Of a DNA stretch of 64,000 bases, positions 1 through 10,725 are shown piece by piece. The notes under the pieces are model-generated. The model made no database searches, was not told the origin of the DNA, and worked only from the letters and a program-made list of their open reading frames with translations. Source of the stretch: Prasinococcaceae sp. CCMP 1430 (taxonomy: Eukaryota > Plantae > Prasinodermophyta); assembly GCA_013416795.1 (NCBI GenBank), contig RQSC01001332.1, positions 1 through 64,000 on the forward strand, given 5' to 3'. Numbering within the stretch: the first letter of the stretch is position 1; each line of letters starts with the position of its first letter. The position numbers and the translations under genes are program-made.

Positions 1-914
1 GCCCCGACGCCCGCGCCGCCGCGCGCGCCAATCGCGCAGCGTCGGGCGGCGACGGCGCTTGCGCGGCGACCTCCGTCGAGTCGGCCCGCGCGCGCATCCT
101 CACGCACAACAGCTTGCTGCAGGCCGCGTTCGAGGAGGTCGGCGGGAAGAGGCTGCGCTACAGCTGAGCGCGCGCGCCGTCGGTAGGGTGGGGTGGGGTG
201 GCGCGGGCGCTCGGACGCGCCCGCGCTCTGTATACTCGCATGTACACGTACGAAGGCGCCGGGGACCGCCAGCCCGCGCGACCACGCGCACGCGCACAGG
301 CGCGCCGAGACGCGGGCGCGCTCGCGCAAGAGAGCGCGCCACGCACGCCGCGGCCGTGCACCGTGGGAGGGGTGGTGGAATACCGAAAAAAAGTGGCGGA
401 GCCTTAACGCGCGCGCGGCCCCCTAGACAGGGGGGGCGAGATTGGCGGCGCGCTCACACCCACTACGAGAGCGCGCGAGAGAGAGCGGGAGAGCGAGCGA
501 GCAGTCAGCACCGGTGCGGCCGCGCGAGCGAGCGCGCCCATCGCCGCGGCCGCGAGGGAGGCGGCGACGAGCGCCGCCTGCCCTCGCGTCGCGCGTGTGT
601 GTGTGTGTGTGTGGGGGGGGTGCTCCGCACGCGGAGGGCGGTGTGGCGCAGGATGGCTCCTGTGGTCTGCCACGTCGTTCCATGCCAGCGATTGGTGCTG
701 TGAATTTTTTTGGTGTTATGATGATGGCAAACATCGGGGCGAGCGACTGCCAGCCCAACCGGCAGGCACGCCCGCGCGTGCGCCCTCCTTGCCTACCTGG
801 CGCCGCCCCCTCTAACCCCATCCCCTCTCCCGCGCGCGCGGCAGGCTCGTTGGGCGGCGGTGGTTCGTACATATTACAGGGCGCGGCGGGCGCCGGGCGC
901 CGTCGGTGGGCGCG

Positions 915-2082
915 TCAGCCGAGCTTCTTGATCGCGAGCACCAACATCATGAGTATGCAGAGGGCCGCGAGCAGCATGATGCACAGGAACATCTTCGAAG
1001 CCTTCTGGTGCTTCTCGGCCTTCTCGAGTTGGACGACGCCTTGCTCGATCTGCGTGGCGGCCTCGGTCATGTTGTAATCGATGCGGTCAAGGATGGTGCC
1101 CTGGTCGATGACCAGGACGCTGAGGTCGCGCATGACCTGCGCGAGGTCGTTGACCGACTGCAGGATGGACGTGATCTCCGACTCGCGCTCGGCGACCTGC
1201 CCCTCTTGCTCGCGCATCGCAAGCATCTGGTCATCGGTGAACCCGGGGTCGTCGTCGAAGAAGCCCCCGCCGTTTCCGCTGCTGGGCGCCGCGCCGAAGC
1301 CCAGGTCGATCCCCGAGAGCCCGGACGCGGGGCCGGCCTGCTGCTGGCGCAGCTTGCCCAGGTAGCTCTTCTGCGCGGAGCGAAAGTCCTGCGACAGCGC
1401 CTGCAGGTCGCCCGCGAGCGACACGAGCACGTTCTTGCGCATCTTCGCGTCCTTCTCCGAGCCGTCACGCACGGCGCCCAGCTGCTTCAGCCCCGATTCA
1501 GCGCGCTTGAACAGTCGGCTGACCTCCTGCGTGAGAATTTCGACGGCGTGCTCGTCCGACGACACGTCGTCGAACGTCGGCAGCAGCGCCTGCGCGTGCG
1601 CGCGCCCGAGCTCGGCGACCTGTGTTGTGTGGTTTGAGGGGAGGGAAAGAGAAGGTGGACCGGGGGGAAAGGGGGGGAGCGGGGTGGAGTTGGGCGAACG
1701 CGGGGGGCGCGCACGAACGCAGACGGGTCAGCGCCGGGGAGACTCGCGCCGCCGCGGGCTCTTCGCGGACGCGCCGTCCTCGCCGCACCCGCGAGGCGCG
1801 GCGCGCGCCGCGCACCTTCTGCTTGATGCGCTCCATGTCGGCCTGGACCCCTTCGCTGATGTCGACCCACGCAGGCGGCAGCGCCCCCCCGGGCCCGATG
1901 TGTATGCGCGTCGCGCCCGCCATCCCGTCCGGATCCGACGACGACGAGATCGCCGCGGAGAGCAGCGACGACTCCGCCGCCCCCCCGTGCAAGCCGCCGG
2001 CGCCCCCTCGCCGCCCGGCCGAGTGCGCGCGCGCCGACTCGCGGTAGCGCATGAACGCCGCGGTGCGATTGCGCGAACTCAT
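915..2082 (-). CDS. SYP4: Qa-SNARE, syntaxin-16/Tlg2 (plant SYP4) family; 2 exons (about 2082-1818 and 1619-915)
   Basis: Begins MSSRNRTAAFMRYR, followed by LPPAWVDISE, the Habc region, the SNARE motif (RESEITSILQSVNDLAQVMRDLSVLVIDQGTILDRIDYN) and a C-terminal TM helix. Intron AAG|GTGCGC...ACAG. TGTAA at 878-874 downstream of the stop. Confidence 0.93.
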
Positions 2083-2127
2083 CGTGAAAGCGACGAGCGG
2101 GAGGAAGGGGGGGGGAGCTCGCCGCTC

Positions 2128-2748
2128 NNNNNNNNNNNNNNNNNNNNNNNNNNNNNNNNNNNNNNNNNNNNNNNNNNNNNNNNNNNNNNNNNNNNNNNNN
2201 NNNNNNNNNNNNNNNNNNNNNNNNNNNNNNNNNNNNNNNNNNNNNNNNNNNNNNNNNNNNNNNNNNNNNNNNNNNNNNNNNNNNNNNNNNNNNNNNNNNN
2301 NNNNNNNNNNNNNNNNNNNNNNNNNNNNNNNNNNNNNNNNNNNNNNNNNNNNNNNNNNNNNNNNNNNNNNNNNNNNNNNNNNNNNNNNNNNNNNNNNNNN
2401 NNNNNNNNNNNNNNNNNNNNNNNNNNNNNNNNNNNNNNNNNNNNNNNNNNNNNNNNNNNNNNNNNNNNNNNNNNNNNNNNNNNNNNNNNNNNNNNNNNNN
2501 NNNNNNNNNNNNNNNNNNNNNNNNNNNNNNNNNNNNNNNNNNNNNNNNNNNNNNNNNNNNNNNNNNNNNNNNNNNNNNNNNNNNNNNNNNNNNNNNNNNN
2601 NNNNNNNNNNNNNNNNNNNNNNNNNNNNNNNNNNNNNNNNNNNNNNNNNNNNNNNNNNNNNNNNNNNNNNNNNNNNNNNNNNNNNNNNNNNNNNNNNNNN
2701 NNNNNNNNNNNNNNNNNNNNNNNNNNNNNNNNNNNNNNNNNNNNNNNN
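2128..2748. other. Assembly gap (others: 6680-6963, 13201-13621, 20327-20496, 33958-33974, 47539-48190; single n at 12607, 15692, 16835, 28116, 31001, 56177, 56688)
   Basis: N characters in the sequence. The n at 56177 interrupts UTP21 where a conserved segment is absent, so single n's can hide real sequence. Confidence 0.98.
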
Positions 2749-2762
2749 CCGCTCGCGCGGCC

Positions 2763-5606
2763 GTGCGCCCGTCGCTGGCGCGGCAGTGGCCGCTGGCCTT
2801 CGACCCGCTCGCGCCGCCGCCGCCGCCGCAGCAGCAGCAGCCGGATGCGAGTGCCGGCGACGAAGGCGGCGAGGGCCGTCGGGCGGCCAAGCGCGCGCGC
2901 AAGGAGGGGCTTCGCAAGAAGAAAGAGCTTCGGGCGGCCGAGAGAGTTTTGCGGCGCACAGACGGCGCGCGGGTGGCGAGCTTCCCTCGCACGTTCGCCG
3001 GCGGGACCGACCGATTCTACGCGGACGTGCTGGGCCTGGACTACGCGATCGCGCGCGCGCGCGCGCGGCGGAAGCAGTCGCTCCCGCCGGCGCCAGGGAC
3101 GGCCCCCCTGGTGGGAGGTAGCACGAGGTACTCGTGCGTGCAGCAGTGGGCCGAGGCCTGCCACGCCCTCGCGATGGCCGAAGCGCGCGCGGAGGTGAGC
3201 AGAGCGGTCCGCGAGGGAGTGGGGATTGTGAGGAAGTGTGAGCTCGTGTCGGTCGATCGGTCAAGTGCGAAGAGGAGGGAAGGGAAGGGAAGTGGTGGTG
3301 GTGGGGGGATGGACGTGGAGTTGGCTACGATCGTGCTGAGGCTGTGTGAGCGTAGCGCTAAATTGATGGAGACGACGGAGTGGCGGCCGGGGAGCCTGTG
3401 CCTGCTTTCGGCGTGCGACGATGTAAGCAAGGGGGAGGAGGAGGGGGAGGGGGAGGAGGGGGAGAAGGAGAAGGGCGGGGATGGGGGAAGGGGGAGCGAC
3501 GAGGGGAAGAGGCGAGGAAGGGATGATGAGAGGGACGGTGAGGAGTTTTGTGCGTCGATGGGGGGCTGTGGCCGGTGGTGGCTGGCGTCACCGCTCGTCG
3601 CGCAGCCGGCGAAGAACGGGGAGCTGGCGCTGTCGCTGAGGGTGAGCGCGCAGGCCGCGGGGGCGTTGGATGCCGCAGGCTGCCAGTTCGTGGCCGTCTC
3701 GAGCCTCGGCAGCGCGCGCCTGCTCGCGCACCAGCGCATGGCGGCCGCGGCGCACGCGTGCGCTTCCAGGACGGGCGGGATGATCGACGCGAAGCTGGCG
3801 TTCGCTCTGGCCGGGCTGAAGCGACCCGAGCATAGGAGGTTTGATGACGACGACAAATTCCGGGATTGTGATTCTTCTCTTTTTGGGGGGGGGGAGGTCG
3901 ATGCGGAAGGAAGTTTTTGGGGGGGTGGAGTTGATGGCGAGGATGCCTGTTTAGAGGGGGAGGAGGGCATGATTGAGGACCCCCACGGCGCCGCGCGCGC
4001 GGCCGCGGTGAGCGCGCTCAACGCGTCGCAGCTGCTGGCGCTGCGTCGGTTCGAGCGTTTGTTCGACGGATGGGAGATTGGTCGTGGTTGGGACTGCGAT
4101 GATGTGCCGAAGAAGACATGTGACGACGCGCCCCTCCAGCTCGTGCACGGGCCGCCCGGCTGCGGCAAGACCGTGCTGCTCTCCGCGGCGCTCTTCGCGG
4201 CTCCGCGCGGCGCGTCGATCCTGTGTGCCGCTCCGTCCAACGCGGCGGTGCTCTCCGCCTTCGGCGCGTACAGGCGGTATGCGGGAAGGGGGGGGGTGGA
4301 TGAATGTGACGCTGTGCTGGTGGGCGACGCGGAGGCGCTCGGCGCGAGGATGGGGGGGGTGGATGATGTGTCGCAGGCCTATGCGGGCTTTGTGGCGCAC
4401 CACGCGGCAGGTATTGTGAAGGGGTGTTGCGCGGAGTTGATGGGGTTGGTAAAGGGGGGTTGGGGGGAAGGAGGAGGGGGGTCGGTGGGGGATGGTGTGG
4501 CGTTGGTTGTTGAGAGGATGAGGGAGGATCTGCGTTGTTCTTCGAGGTTGGGCCCCTCGACGCTGCGGAGGTGCGAGGAGGAGGTGGAGGTCGTGGTTGA
4601 GATGATGGCTGGTGGGAAAACGGGGTGTGTGAAGGAGGTGTGCAAAAGTTTGGAGGGGCTCGCCGCGCAGCTGCGCGCGGAGAGCGAGCAGGTGGCGCTC
4701 GAGGCGGTGAGCGCGGCGCGCGTGGTCTTCTGCACGCTCGCCTCCAGCGGGCAGAAGGTCGTGCGCGGAGTCGCGCCGTTCGACGCGCTGGTCGTGGACG
4801 AGGCCGCCCAGGCGATCGAGGCGGAGATTCTGCTGGGATGCGCCGCGAGCGGCGCGCGGCGCTGCGTGCTGGTGGGCGACCCGCGGCAGCTCCCCGCCAT
4901 TGTGGTAAGTGAGGAGGCGGTGAGGATGGGATTGGAGGGCTCGATCATGGCGAGGCTGATGGATGGGTGCGGCGTGGAAGCGAGCGTGCTGGAGATACAG
5001 CATAGGATGCACCCACAAATCTCGAGGCTGCCGTGTAGAATTTTTTATGGGGGGCGGGTGAGGGACGCGGATTTCGTGGAGGGGAGGAGCGTGCCGTGGG
5101 GTGGGGATGGAGAAGATGGCGTGGGGAGACGTTTTCTTTTTCAAAGAAAGAGGCTGTGGGTGGTGGACGTGGCCTCCGGCGCGGAGCGCAGGGCGCTTTC
5201 GGGCAGTGTGTGTAATGCGAGGGAGGCGACGCTGGCACGATGGCTGGTGGAGGGGTTGAAGAGGGAGAAAGAGATGGAGGGTGCGAGCATCGCCGTGATA
5301 ACGCCGTACGCGGCGCAGGCCGCGCTGATCGGCCACGGCGCGCGCACCGTCGACGGCTGGCAGGGCGGCGAGGCGGACGTCGTGGTGGTGTCGCTGACGA
5401 GGGCGAGCGGGGGGAAAGGGGCGGGGTTTGCGGCGGATGAGAGAAGGCTCAACGTGGCGCTCACGCGCGCGCGCCATGGAATGGTGGTCCTGTGCCACGC
5501 GCGGACGATGAGGAGGGCTGGGGGCGCGCTCAAGGAGGTGGTGGAGGATGCGAGGAGGAGGGGGTTGCTGGTGAGCGAGGAGGAGTTGCGGAGGAGCTTT
5601 TCTTGA
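2763..5606 (+). CDS. Superfamily-1 helicase of the UPF1/SEN1/DNA2 group; 5' end may lie in the N gap
   Basis: GPPGCGKT (Walker A), APSNAAV, VVDEAAQ, VGDPRQL, QHRMHPQI, VITPYAAQ, TVDGWQGGE, DERRLNVALTRAR. TGTAA at 5675-5679. Confidence 0.9.
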   Translation: MRPSLARQWPLAFDPLAPPPPPQQQQPDASAGDEGGEGRRAAKRARKEGLRKKKELRAAERVLRRTDGARVASFPRTFAGGTDRFYADVLGLDYAIARARARRKQSLPPAPGTAPLVGGSTRYSCVQQWAEACHALAMAEARAEVSRAVREGVGIVRKCELVSVDRSSAKRREGKGSGGGGGMDVELATIVLRLCERSAKLMETTEWRPGSLCLLSACDDVSKGEEEGEGEEGEKEKGGDGGRGSDEGKRRGRDDERDGEEFCASMGGCGRWWLASPLVAQPAKNGELALSLRVSAQAAGALDAAGCQFVAVSSLGSARLLAHQRMAAAAHACASRTGGMIDAKLAFALAGLKRPEHRRFDDDDKFRDCDSSLFGGGEVDAEGSFWGGGVDGEDACLEGEEGMIEDPHGAARAAAVSALNASQLLALRRFERLFDGWEIGRGWDCDDVPKKTCDDAPLQLVHGPPGCGKTVLLSAALFAAPRGASILCAAPSNAAVLSAFGAYRRYAGRGGVDECDAVLVGDAEALGARMGGVDDVSQAYAGFVAHHAAGIVKGCCAELMGLVKGGWGEGGGGSVGDGVALVVERMREDLRCSSRLGPSTLRRCEEEVEVVVEMMAGGKTGCVKEVCKSLEGLAAQLRAESEQVALEAVSAARVVFCTLASSGQKVVRGVAPFDALVVDEAAQAIEAEILLGCAASGARRCVLVGDPRQLPAIVVSEEAVRMGLEGSIMARLMDGCGVEASVLEIQHRMHPQISRLPCRIFYGGRVRDADFVEGRSVPWGGDGEDGVGRRFLFQRKRLWVVDVASGAERRALSGSVCNAREATLARWLVEGLKREKEMEGASIAVITPYAAQAALIGHGARTVDGWQGGEADVVVVSLTRASGGKGAGFAADERRLNVALTRARHGMVVLCHARTMRRAGGALKEVVEDARRRGLLVSEEELRRSFS

Positions 5607-5762
5607 GGTAGTCTAGTGGTGATAATTTGGGTAGATAAAGTAGGGTCTGTATATATTCTGTGGTGTGATGTGTGTGTAATGCAGGTTCGCTTTCGGTGCT
5701 TCGTCTCGCCGCGCGCCCGCGCGTGCAAAAAAAAAATTGCGTGCGCATGCGCATGCGCATGC

Positions 5763-5767
5763 AAAAA
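5763..5767 (-). terminator. Pol III oligo-T terminator of tRNA-Leu
   Basis: TTTTT on the minus strand a few nt after the tRNA 3' end. Confidence 0.75.
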
Positions 5768-5771
5768 GATG

Positions 5772-5851
5772 TGACATCGGCAGGATTCGAACCTGCGCTC
5801 TTTCGAACTAGCACCTGAAGCTAGCGCCTTAGACCGCTCGGCCACGATGTC
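5772..5851 (-). tRNA. trnL-CAG: tRNA-Leu (anticodon CAG), intronless, with long variable arm
   Basis: Reverse complement reads GACATCGTGGCCGAGCGGTCTAAGGCG CTAGC TT CAG GT GCTAG TTCGAAAGAGCGCAGGTTCGAATCCTGCCGATGTCA. The acceptor stem pairs, and A and B boxes are present. Confidence 0.96.
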
Positions 5852-6041
5852 ATCACGGCTGCTGTCACAAAATGGAAACATATATAGGTACAATACAACG
5901 GAACGTCCGCGCCTATCAAAACGCACCAATTGCCAATTCCGAAATCGGCGCGGAACCGTCACTTCCTTCCCGCGCGCCCGGCGAGCCCCCCCGGTTCCCC
6001 CCCACACACACCCTCCCCCTCCCCCCTGTCACCCCTCTATT

Positions 6042-6679
6042 TTACCCCTCCTCCCGCCGCGCGGCCTCGACCAGCCTCACGAGCGCCGCCTCCCACATTC
6101 CGAACGACGCCGGCACCAGCCTGGGGTGCTTGAGCACTGCGGCGCGTCGGCCCTGCTCGCGCAGCCGCTGTCGCATCGCGTCGAACGCCCCGTCGCCGGA
6201 CACGAGCACGATGGGCGCGCCGGCGGGCAGCACGAGGTGCAGGTGCTGGGCTGTCATCGCGCACACCACGTCGGCGCCGTCCTTGGCGAGCGGGCAGCCG
6301 CGCACGAGCAGCGCGCCCGAGCGCTTGAGCGCCTCCCAGCGGCGCGCCTCCGACTGCATCGGGCTCTCGCACCCGCGGTAGAAGAAGGCGACCATCGCGC
6401 CCTCCTGCGGCGCGGCGTCGCGTCAGCGCGCGGCGGGCGCCCGCGCGCGCGCAAACACACGCACGCGCGCACGCACGTCCGCGAGAGCGTGGGCCCAATC
6501 GCTGGACTTGAGCACGTACGCCGCGTTGTCGAGGTCGACGATGACCACGGCGCTCGGCGCGCCGCTCGCGGCGCGCGCGAGCCACGCGGCCTCCCGCACG
6601 GGCACCTTGCTCGGCAGGGGCGCCTGCGCGCAACACCCCTCGGCCGCCGCGCCGCCATCCGACTCCTGCGACGCCGTCA
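6042..6679 (-). CDS. PIN/NYN-like nuclease-fold protein resembling the ZNF451 C-terminal PIN-like domain; 5' part lies in the gap; intron 6476-6405
   Basis: Spliced frame gives VVIVDLDNAAY...ALAD|EGAMVAFF...KDGADVVCAM...LPAGAPIVLVSGDGAF. The DxxN, KDxAD and SGD acidic motifs are typical of PIN-like folds. The intron has GTGCGT, GCTGAC and CAG. Confidence 0.7.
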
Positions 6680-7181
6680 NNNNNNNNNNNNNNNNNNNNN
6701 NNNNNNNNNNNNNNNNNNNNNNNNNNNNNNNNNNNNNNNNNNNNNNNNNNNNNNNNNNNNNNNNNNNNNNNNNNNNNNNNNNNNNNNNNNNNNNNNNNNN
6801 NNNNNNNNNNNNNNNNNNNNNNNNNNNNNNNNNNNNNNNNNNNNNNNNNNNNNNNNNNNNNNNNNNNNNNNNNNNNNNNNNNNNNNNNNNNNNNNNNNNN
6901 NNNNNNNNNNNNNNNNNNNNNNNNNNNNNNNNNNNNNNNNNNNNNNNNNNNNNNNNNNNNNNNGGGGGGGCACGTTCGGGGGAGGGGCGCGGGAGCCGCC
7001 AGCGGCGCGCGGAGCCGACCGACCGACACTCGGCAACCGCAGCTAGGGGGTCCGGCCGGTGTCCAGCCAGTGTCCGCACGCGCGGTGTCACACACCCATC
7101 CATCGTTGCGCAAAAAGAAAAGTTACACGCGCGCTCTTGGCGAGGGACGACGAATCTGTGGGGAGGAGCACCCGCTCGGGC

Positions 7182-9510
7182 CTACAGGAGGCCGTACACG
7201 ACGCCGAGCGCGCCCGCGGCGGACATCGCTGCGCTGGCGAGCGCGGCGGTGAGCTGCGCCGACTCGGTCGCGACGACGCCCGCCTTGGCCACGCGCAGGA
7301 TGAGCTTGTGCGAGTACTCGTTGGGCTCGATGCCGCGCTGCTGCATCTTGTTGTAAATGTAGATCGCCTTCTCCCACTCGGCGTGCTTGGCGCACGCGCG
7401 GATGACGGCGTTGAAGGTGTGCACGCTCTCGCCCGCGCCCATCTCGGCCATGCGGCGCGCCGCCTCGAGCGCGTTGCGCGCGCCCTTCGACCCGTTGGCG
7501 TGCGCGGTGATGAGCGCGCTGGCCGCGTAGTCAGACACCGTCACGCCGGCGTCGACCATCTCGCTGATGACCTCCTCGGCCATCGCGGGCTGGCCGCCGG
7601 CCGCGAGCGCGTACAGCAGCGAGTTGAACGTGTACGCGTCGGGGCGCAGCGCGGCGGCGCCGGTCGCGCCGGCGACGGCGTCCGGGCCGCCCTCGCGGCC
7701 GTCGCACAGCGCCGCGGCGCGCTCGCGCATGTCGTCCTTCATCTCGTCGAAGATCTCCACGGCCATCTCCCAGTCGGCTGACACGCCGCACGCGCGAATG
7801 GCCAGGTTGTACGCCTGCGTGTCGAGCAGGTCGGGATACGTCGAGCGCAGGTGGCGCAGCAGCTCGCACGCGAAGCCGCCCTCGCCGTGGGTCACGCACG
7901 CGCGCAGCACCACCGAGTACACCTGAATGGGAAGAGGCTCGGAGGGGGCGTTGCGCTCGCTCCCAGGCTTCGAGCCGGCCCGCGTGGGCCGCAGCAGCAG
8001 GTTGGCGATGCGCCCGAAGTTTCCGTCGGACGCGGCCTTGGATATGGCGGCGATGCGCTGCGCCTCCGCGCCCCGCCGCCTGGCGGCCTCCGCGCGCAGG
8101 GCCGCGGCGGCCGCCGCCGCGGCGACACCCCCGTCGCCCTCGCCGTCGTCGCCGCCGATGGACGCGGCGTCGGCGCGCGCCGCTCTGTCCCGGCGCGCGC
8201 TCTGCTCCTGCCAGCGCAGCATCAGCTCGCGCACGTCGTCGATCCGCGCGGTGGCCTTGTCTCCCGCCTCGGCGGCGGCCTTCAGGAGCGAGTTGAAGAT
8301 GGCCTCGTTGGGCGTCACCCCCGTCCCGGACACGAGCGCCTCGACAACTCCAAGGGCGCGGTCCCACTGGTTCGTCTTGAGGCATGCTGCCACCACCGCG
8401 CCGTACGTGGCCACGTCGGGCGGGGGCCCGGCGCGCTGCATCGCCATCACGGCGCGCAGCGCGCGCTCCACCTGGCCTGAGCTGGCGTACGCCGCGAGCA
8501 ACGCGTTGTGCGCATCCGGCGAGTCCAGCACGCGCTCCAGCGGGGGGCGACCGGCGGCCTCCGCAATGTCCGCGCGCAACCGCCGCGCGCGCTGGAAGGC
8601 GGCCTGCGCCTTTCGCCAGTCGCCGCTGGCGCCCGCCCACGTGCTCACGTATGCAGAGCAGGTGGCGGCGTTTGGCACCACCGAGTTGTCGCGCATCCAG
8701 CGCAGCACGTCATTCGCACGCTCGGGCTCGTTGGCCACGCCGCACGCCGACACAAGCGCGGAGCACACGTAGTTGTTGGGGGTGACGCCGCGGGCCTGCA
8801 TATCGCCGAAGGCCTCGAAGGCGCGAGAGAGCTCGCCGCACGAGCCATACGCGCCGATGAGCGCTGAGAAGCACTGCACATCAGGCGCCACGCCGCGCGA
8901 GAGCATCTCGCGCCACGCGGTGTCCGCACGCTTCCACTCGCCCGCCTCGCTGTACGCTGCGAGCAGCTGGGTGTACGTCTTGGGGTGGGCGGCGAACGTC
9001 CCGGGTAATCGCCGCATGCGCGCGTCGACGCGGATCACCGCCTCCAGCGCGCGTTCGCGCCGGGCGCGGCGCAGGGCGGCGAAACACAGCCGCGAGACGC
9101 CGTCCTCGCCGAATGCGCGCAGCGCGATGGCACCGCCGTCACGGCCCAGCGCGAGCTCCGCCGCACGCACGCCCTCACGCCACCGGGGGCCCCGCAGCCC
9201 AGCGAGTAGCCGGTCAAGAATCAGCCGGTCGCCCTCCGCTGCGCCGCCACCGCGGTGCGGTCTAGCAACGGGAGGGGAGCCGCCGGTAGCCTCGGGCACC
9301 TTGGCGGGACGCACCAGCTCGGCGGAGTTGGTCGCCTTGCCGCGCCCCGGCGCGGCCAGCGCCGCCCCCGCCGCAGCCAGGGCCGCCTCCTCGGCGCTGA
9401 GCGCGTCCCGTGCCGCCCTCACGCCGCCGAGAGTCGTCGTGGTCACGCCTCCGCCGCCGTCGCCGCCTCCGTCATCGACGCCGTCCCCGCCGTCCACTTC
9501 ACCTCCCCCT
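7182..9510 (-). CDS. Pentatricopeptide repeat (PPR) protein; no ATG found, 5' end missing
   Basis: Multiple 35-aa PPR units (TYTQLLAAYSEAGEWKRA...GVAPDVQCFSALIGAYGSCGELSRA...GVTPNNYVCSALVSAC; YTFNSLL; HTFNAVI). TGTAA at 7127-7123. Confidence 0.9.
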
Positions 9511-9546
9511 CCGTCGCCCCGAGCACGCGCGCGCGCGCTCCCCGGA

Positions 9547-10228
9547 CGGCCGCGTCTTCTGCGGCCGCGAGTGCCTTCGAGCGGCCGCGCGCGAGTTCCT
9601 GTGGCCCGACGCCCTCGACAAAAGCAGCAGCCTGCTCGCGGACGCGCGCCGGCGCCTCGAGCGGCACTGCGAGGCGCGCGGCTCGGTGTACCCGCTGGTC
9701 GCGCTGCGGCTGGCGGCCTCGGCCGTCCTCAGCGGAGGAGCCTCGCGCCGCAAGGCGCTCCTGCGGCCGCTGTGCTACGCCAACCTCGGCGCGGGCGCGC
9801 GCGCCGCGCTGCGCGAGGAGCACGCCGCGTTCTTCGCGGCCGCGCTCCCCTCGGCCGTGCGCGGCGACTTCGGCGCGGAGTGGTACGAGGGGGTGATGGC
9901 GCGCCTCCACCTGAACGCCTTCAAGGTGCAGCCGCCCAACCTGGCCGACCTCGCCAGCGCCGCCGCCAGCGGCTCGGCCGCGCTGCCGGCGGCCGCGATG
10001 CTGCAGCACTCGTGCGCCCCCAACCTCGCGCTCGTGTTCCCCGAGGCCGACGCGCGCTTCGAGTTCGTCGCCGCGCGCCCGCTGGAGGACGGCGAGGAGC
10101 TCTTCGTCTCGTACGTCGACGAGACGCTGCCCGTGCGCGAGCGGCGGCGCGCGCTGCGCCGCGGCTACGGCTTCGAGTGCCGCTGCGAGGCGTGCGTCGC
10201 CGACCTGCGGGAGGAGGGGGGCGCATAG
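9547..10228 (+). CDS. SET-domain (SMYD/ATXR4-like) lysine methyltransferase, C-terminal part only
   Basis: End of a MYND-like motif (VFCGREC), ARLHLNAF, MLQHSCAPN, LEDGEELFVSY and post-SET GFECRCEAC. The N-terminal SET half and the ATG are absent. Confidence 0.8.
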
Positions 10229-10607
10229 CCGCCCTAGGGATCCGATCCGATCGGCGGCGGCCTACTAATAATAAGCGAGAGCTGCCCGCGCTCGCTGCCC
10301 GCGCTCGCTGCCCGCGCGCTCTCTCGCCTCCTCGTCCGCAACGCGCTCCTCGCTCTTCGTCTCGTACGTCGACGAGACGCTGCCCGTGCGCGAGCGGCGG
10401 CGCGCGCTGCGCCGCGGCTACGGCTTCGAGTGCCGCTGCGAGGCGTGCGTCGCGGACCTGCGGGAGGAGGGGGGCGAATAGCCGCCCCAGGGGTCCGATC
10501 GGTGGCGGCCTGCTACTAATAAGCGAGAGCTGCCCGCGCTCGCTGCCTGCGCTCGCTGCCCGCGCTCGCTCCCCGTGCGCTCTCTCGCCTCCTCGTCCGT
10601 AACGCGC
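10099..10607 (+). repeat. Diverged tandem duplication (about 250 bp) of the SET gene 3' end plus UTR
   Basis: 10099-10346 is repeated at 10352-10607 with substitutions (e.g. GGCGCATAG vs GGCGAATAG) and small indels. Confidence 0.9.
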
Positions 10608-10725
10608 ATTAATAAGGCCCCACCGCAAAACCGAGCAGCACTCGGTCCTCCTCTCCTCGCCCCCCCCCCACCACCACACCTCATCGCGCACCCCATCCAT
10701 CGTCATCGTCATCGCCAGAAGATCG

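Noticed and set aside
1-900. ORFs at the start of the window
   Set aside because: Low-complexity CG/TG-rich non-coding DNA downstream of SYP4; no protein motifs.
1435-3264. Long ORFs reading through N gaps (also 6037-7356, 12586-14020, 47084-48820)
   Set aside because: Ns are translated as X, so these are not evidence of real fusions.
5740-5762. Palindromic TGCGCATGCGCATGCGCA next to the tRNA
   Set aside because: A short alternating purine-pyrimidine repeat of a kind that is common in this genome.
5772-5851. Long-variable-arm tRNA as possible tRNA-Sec supporting the selenoprotein
   Set aside because: The anticodon is CAG (Leu), with an ordinary 7-bp acceptor stem.
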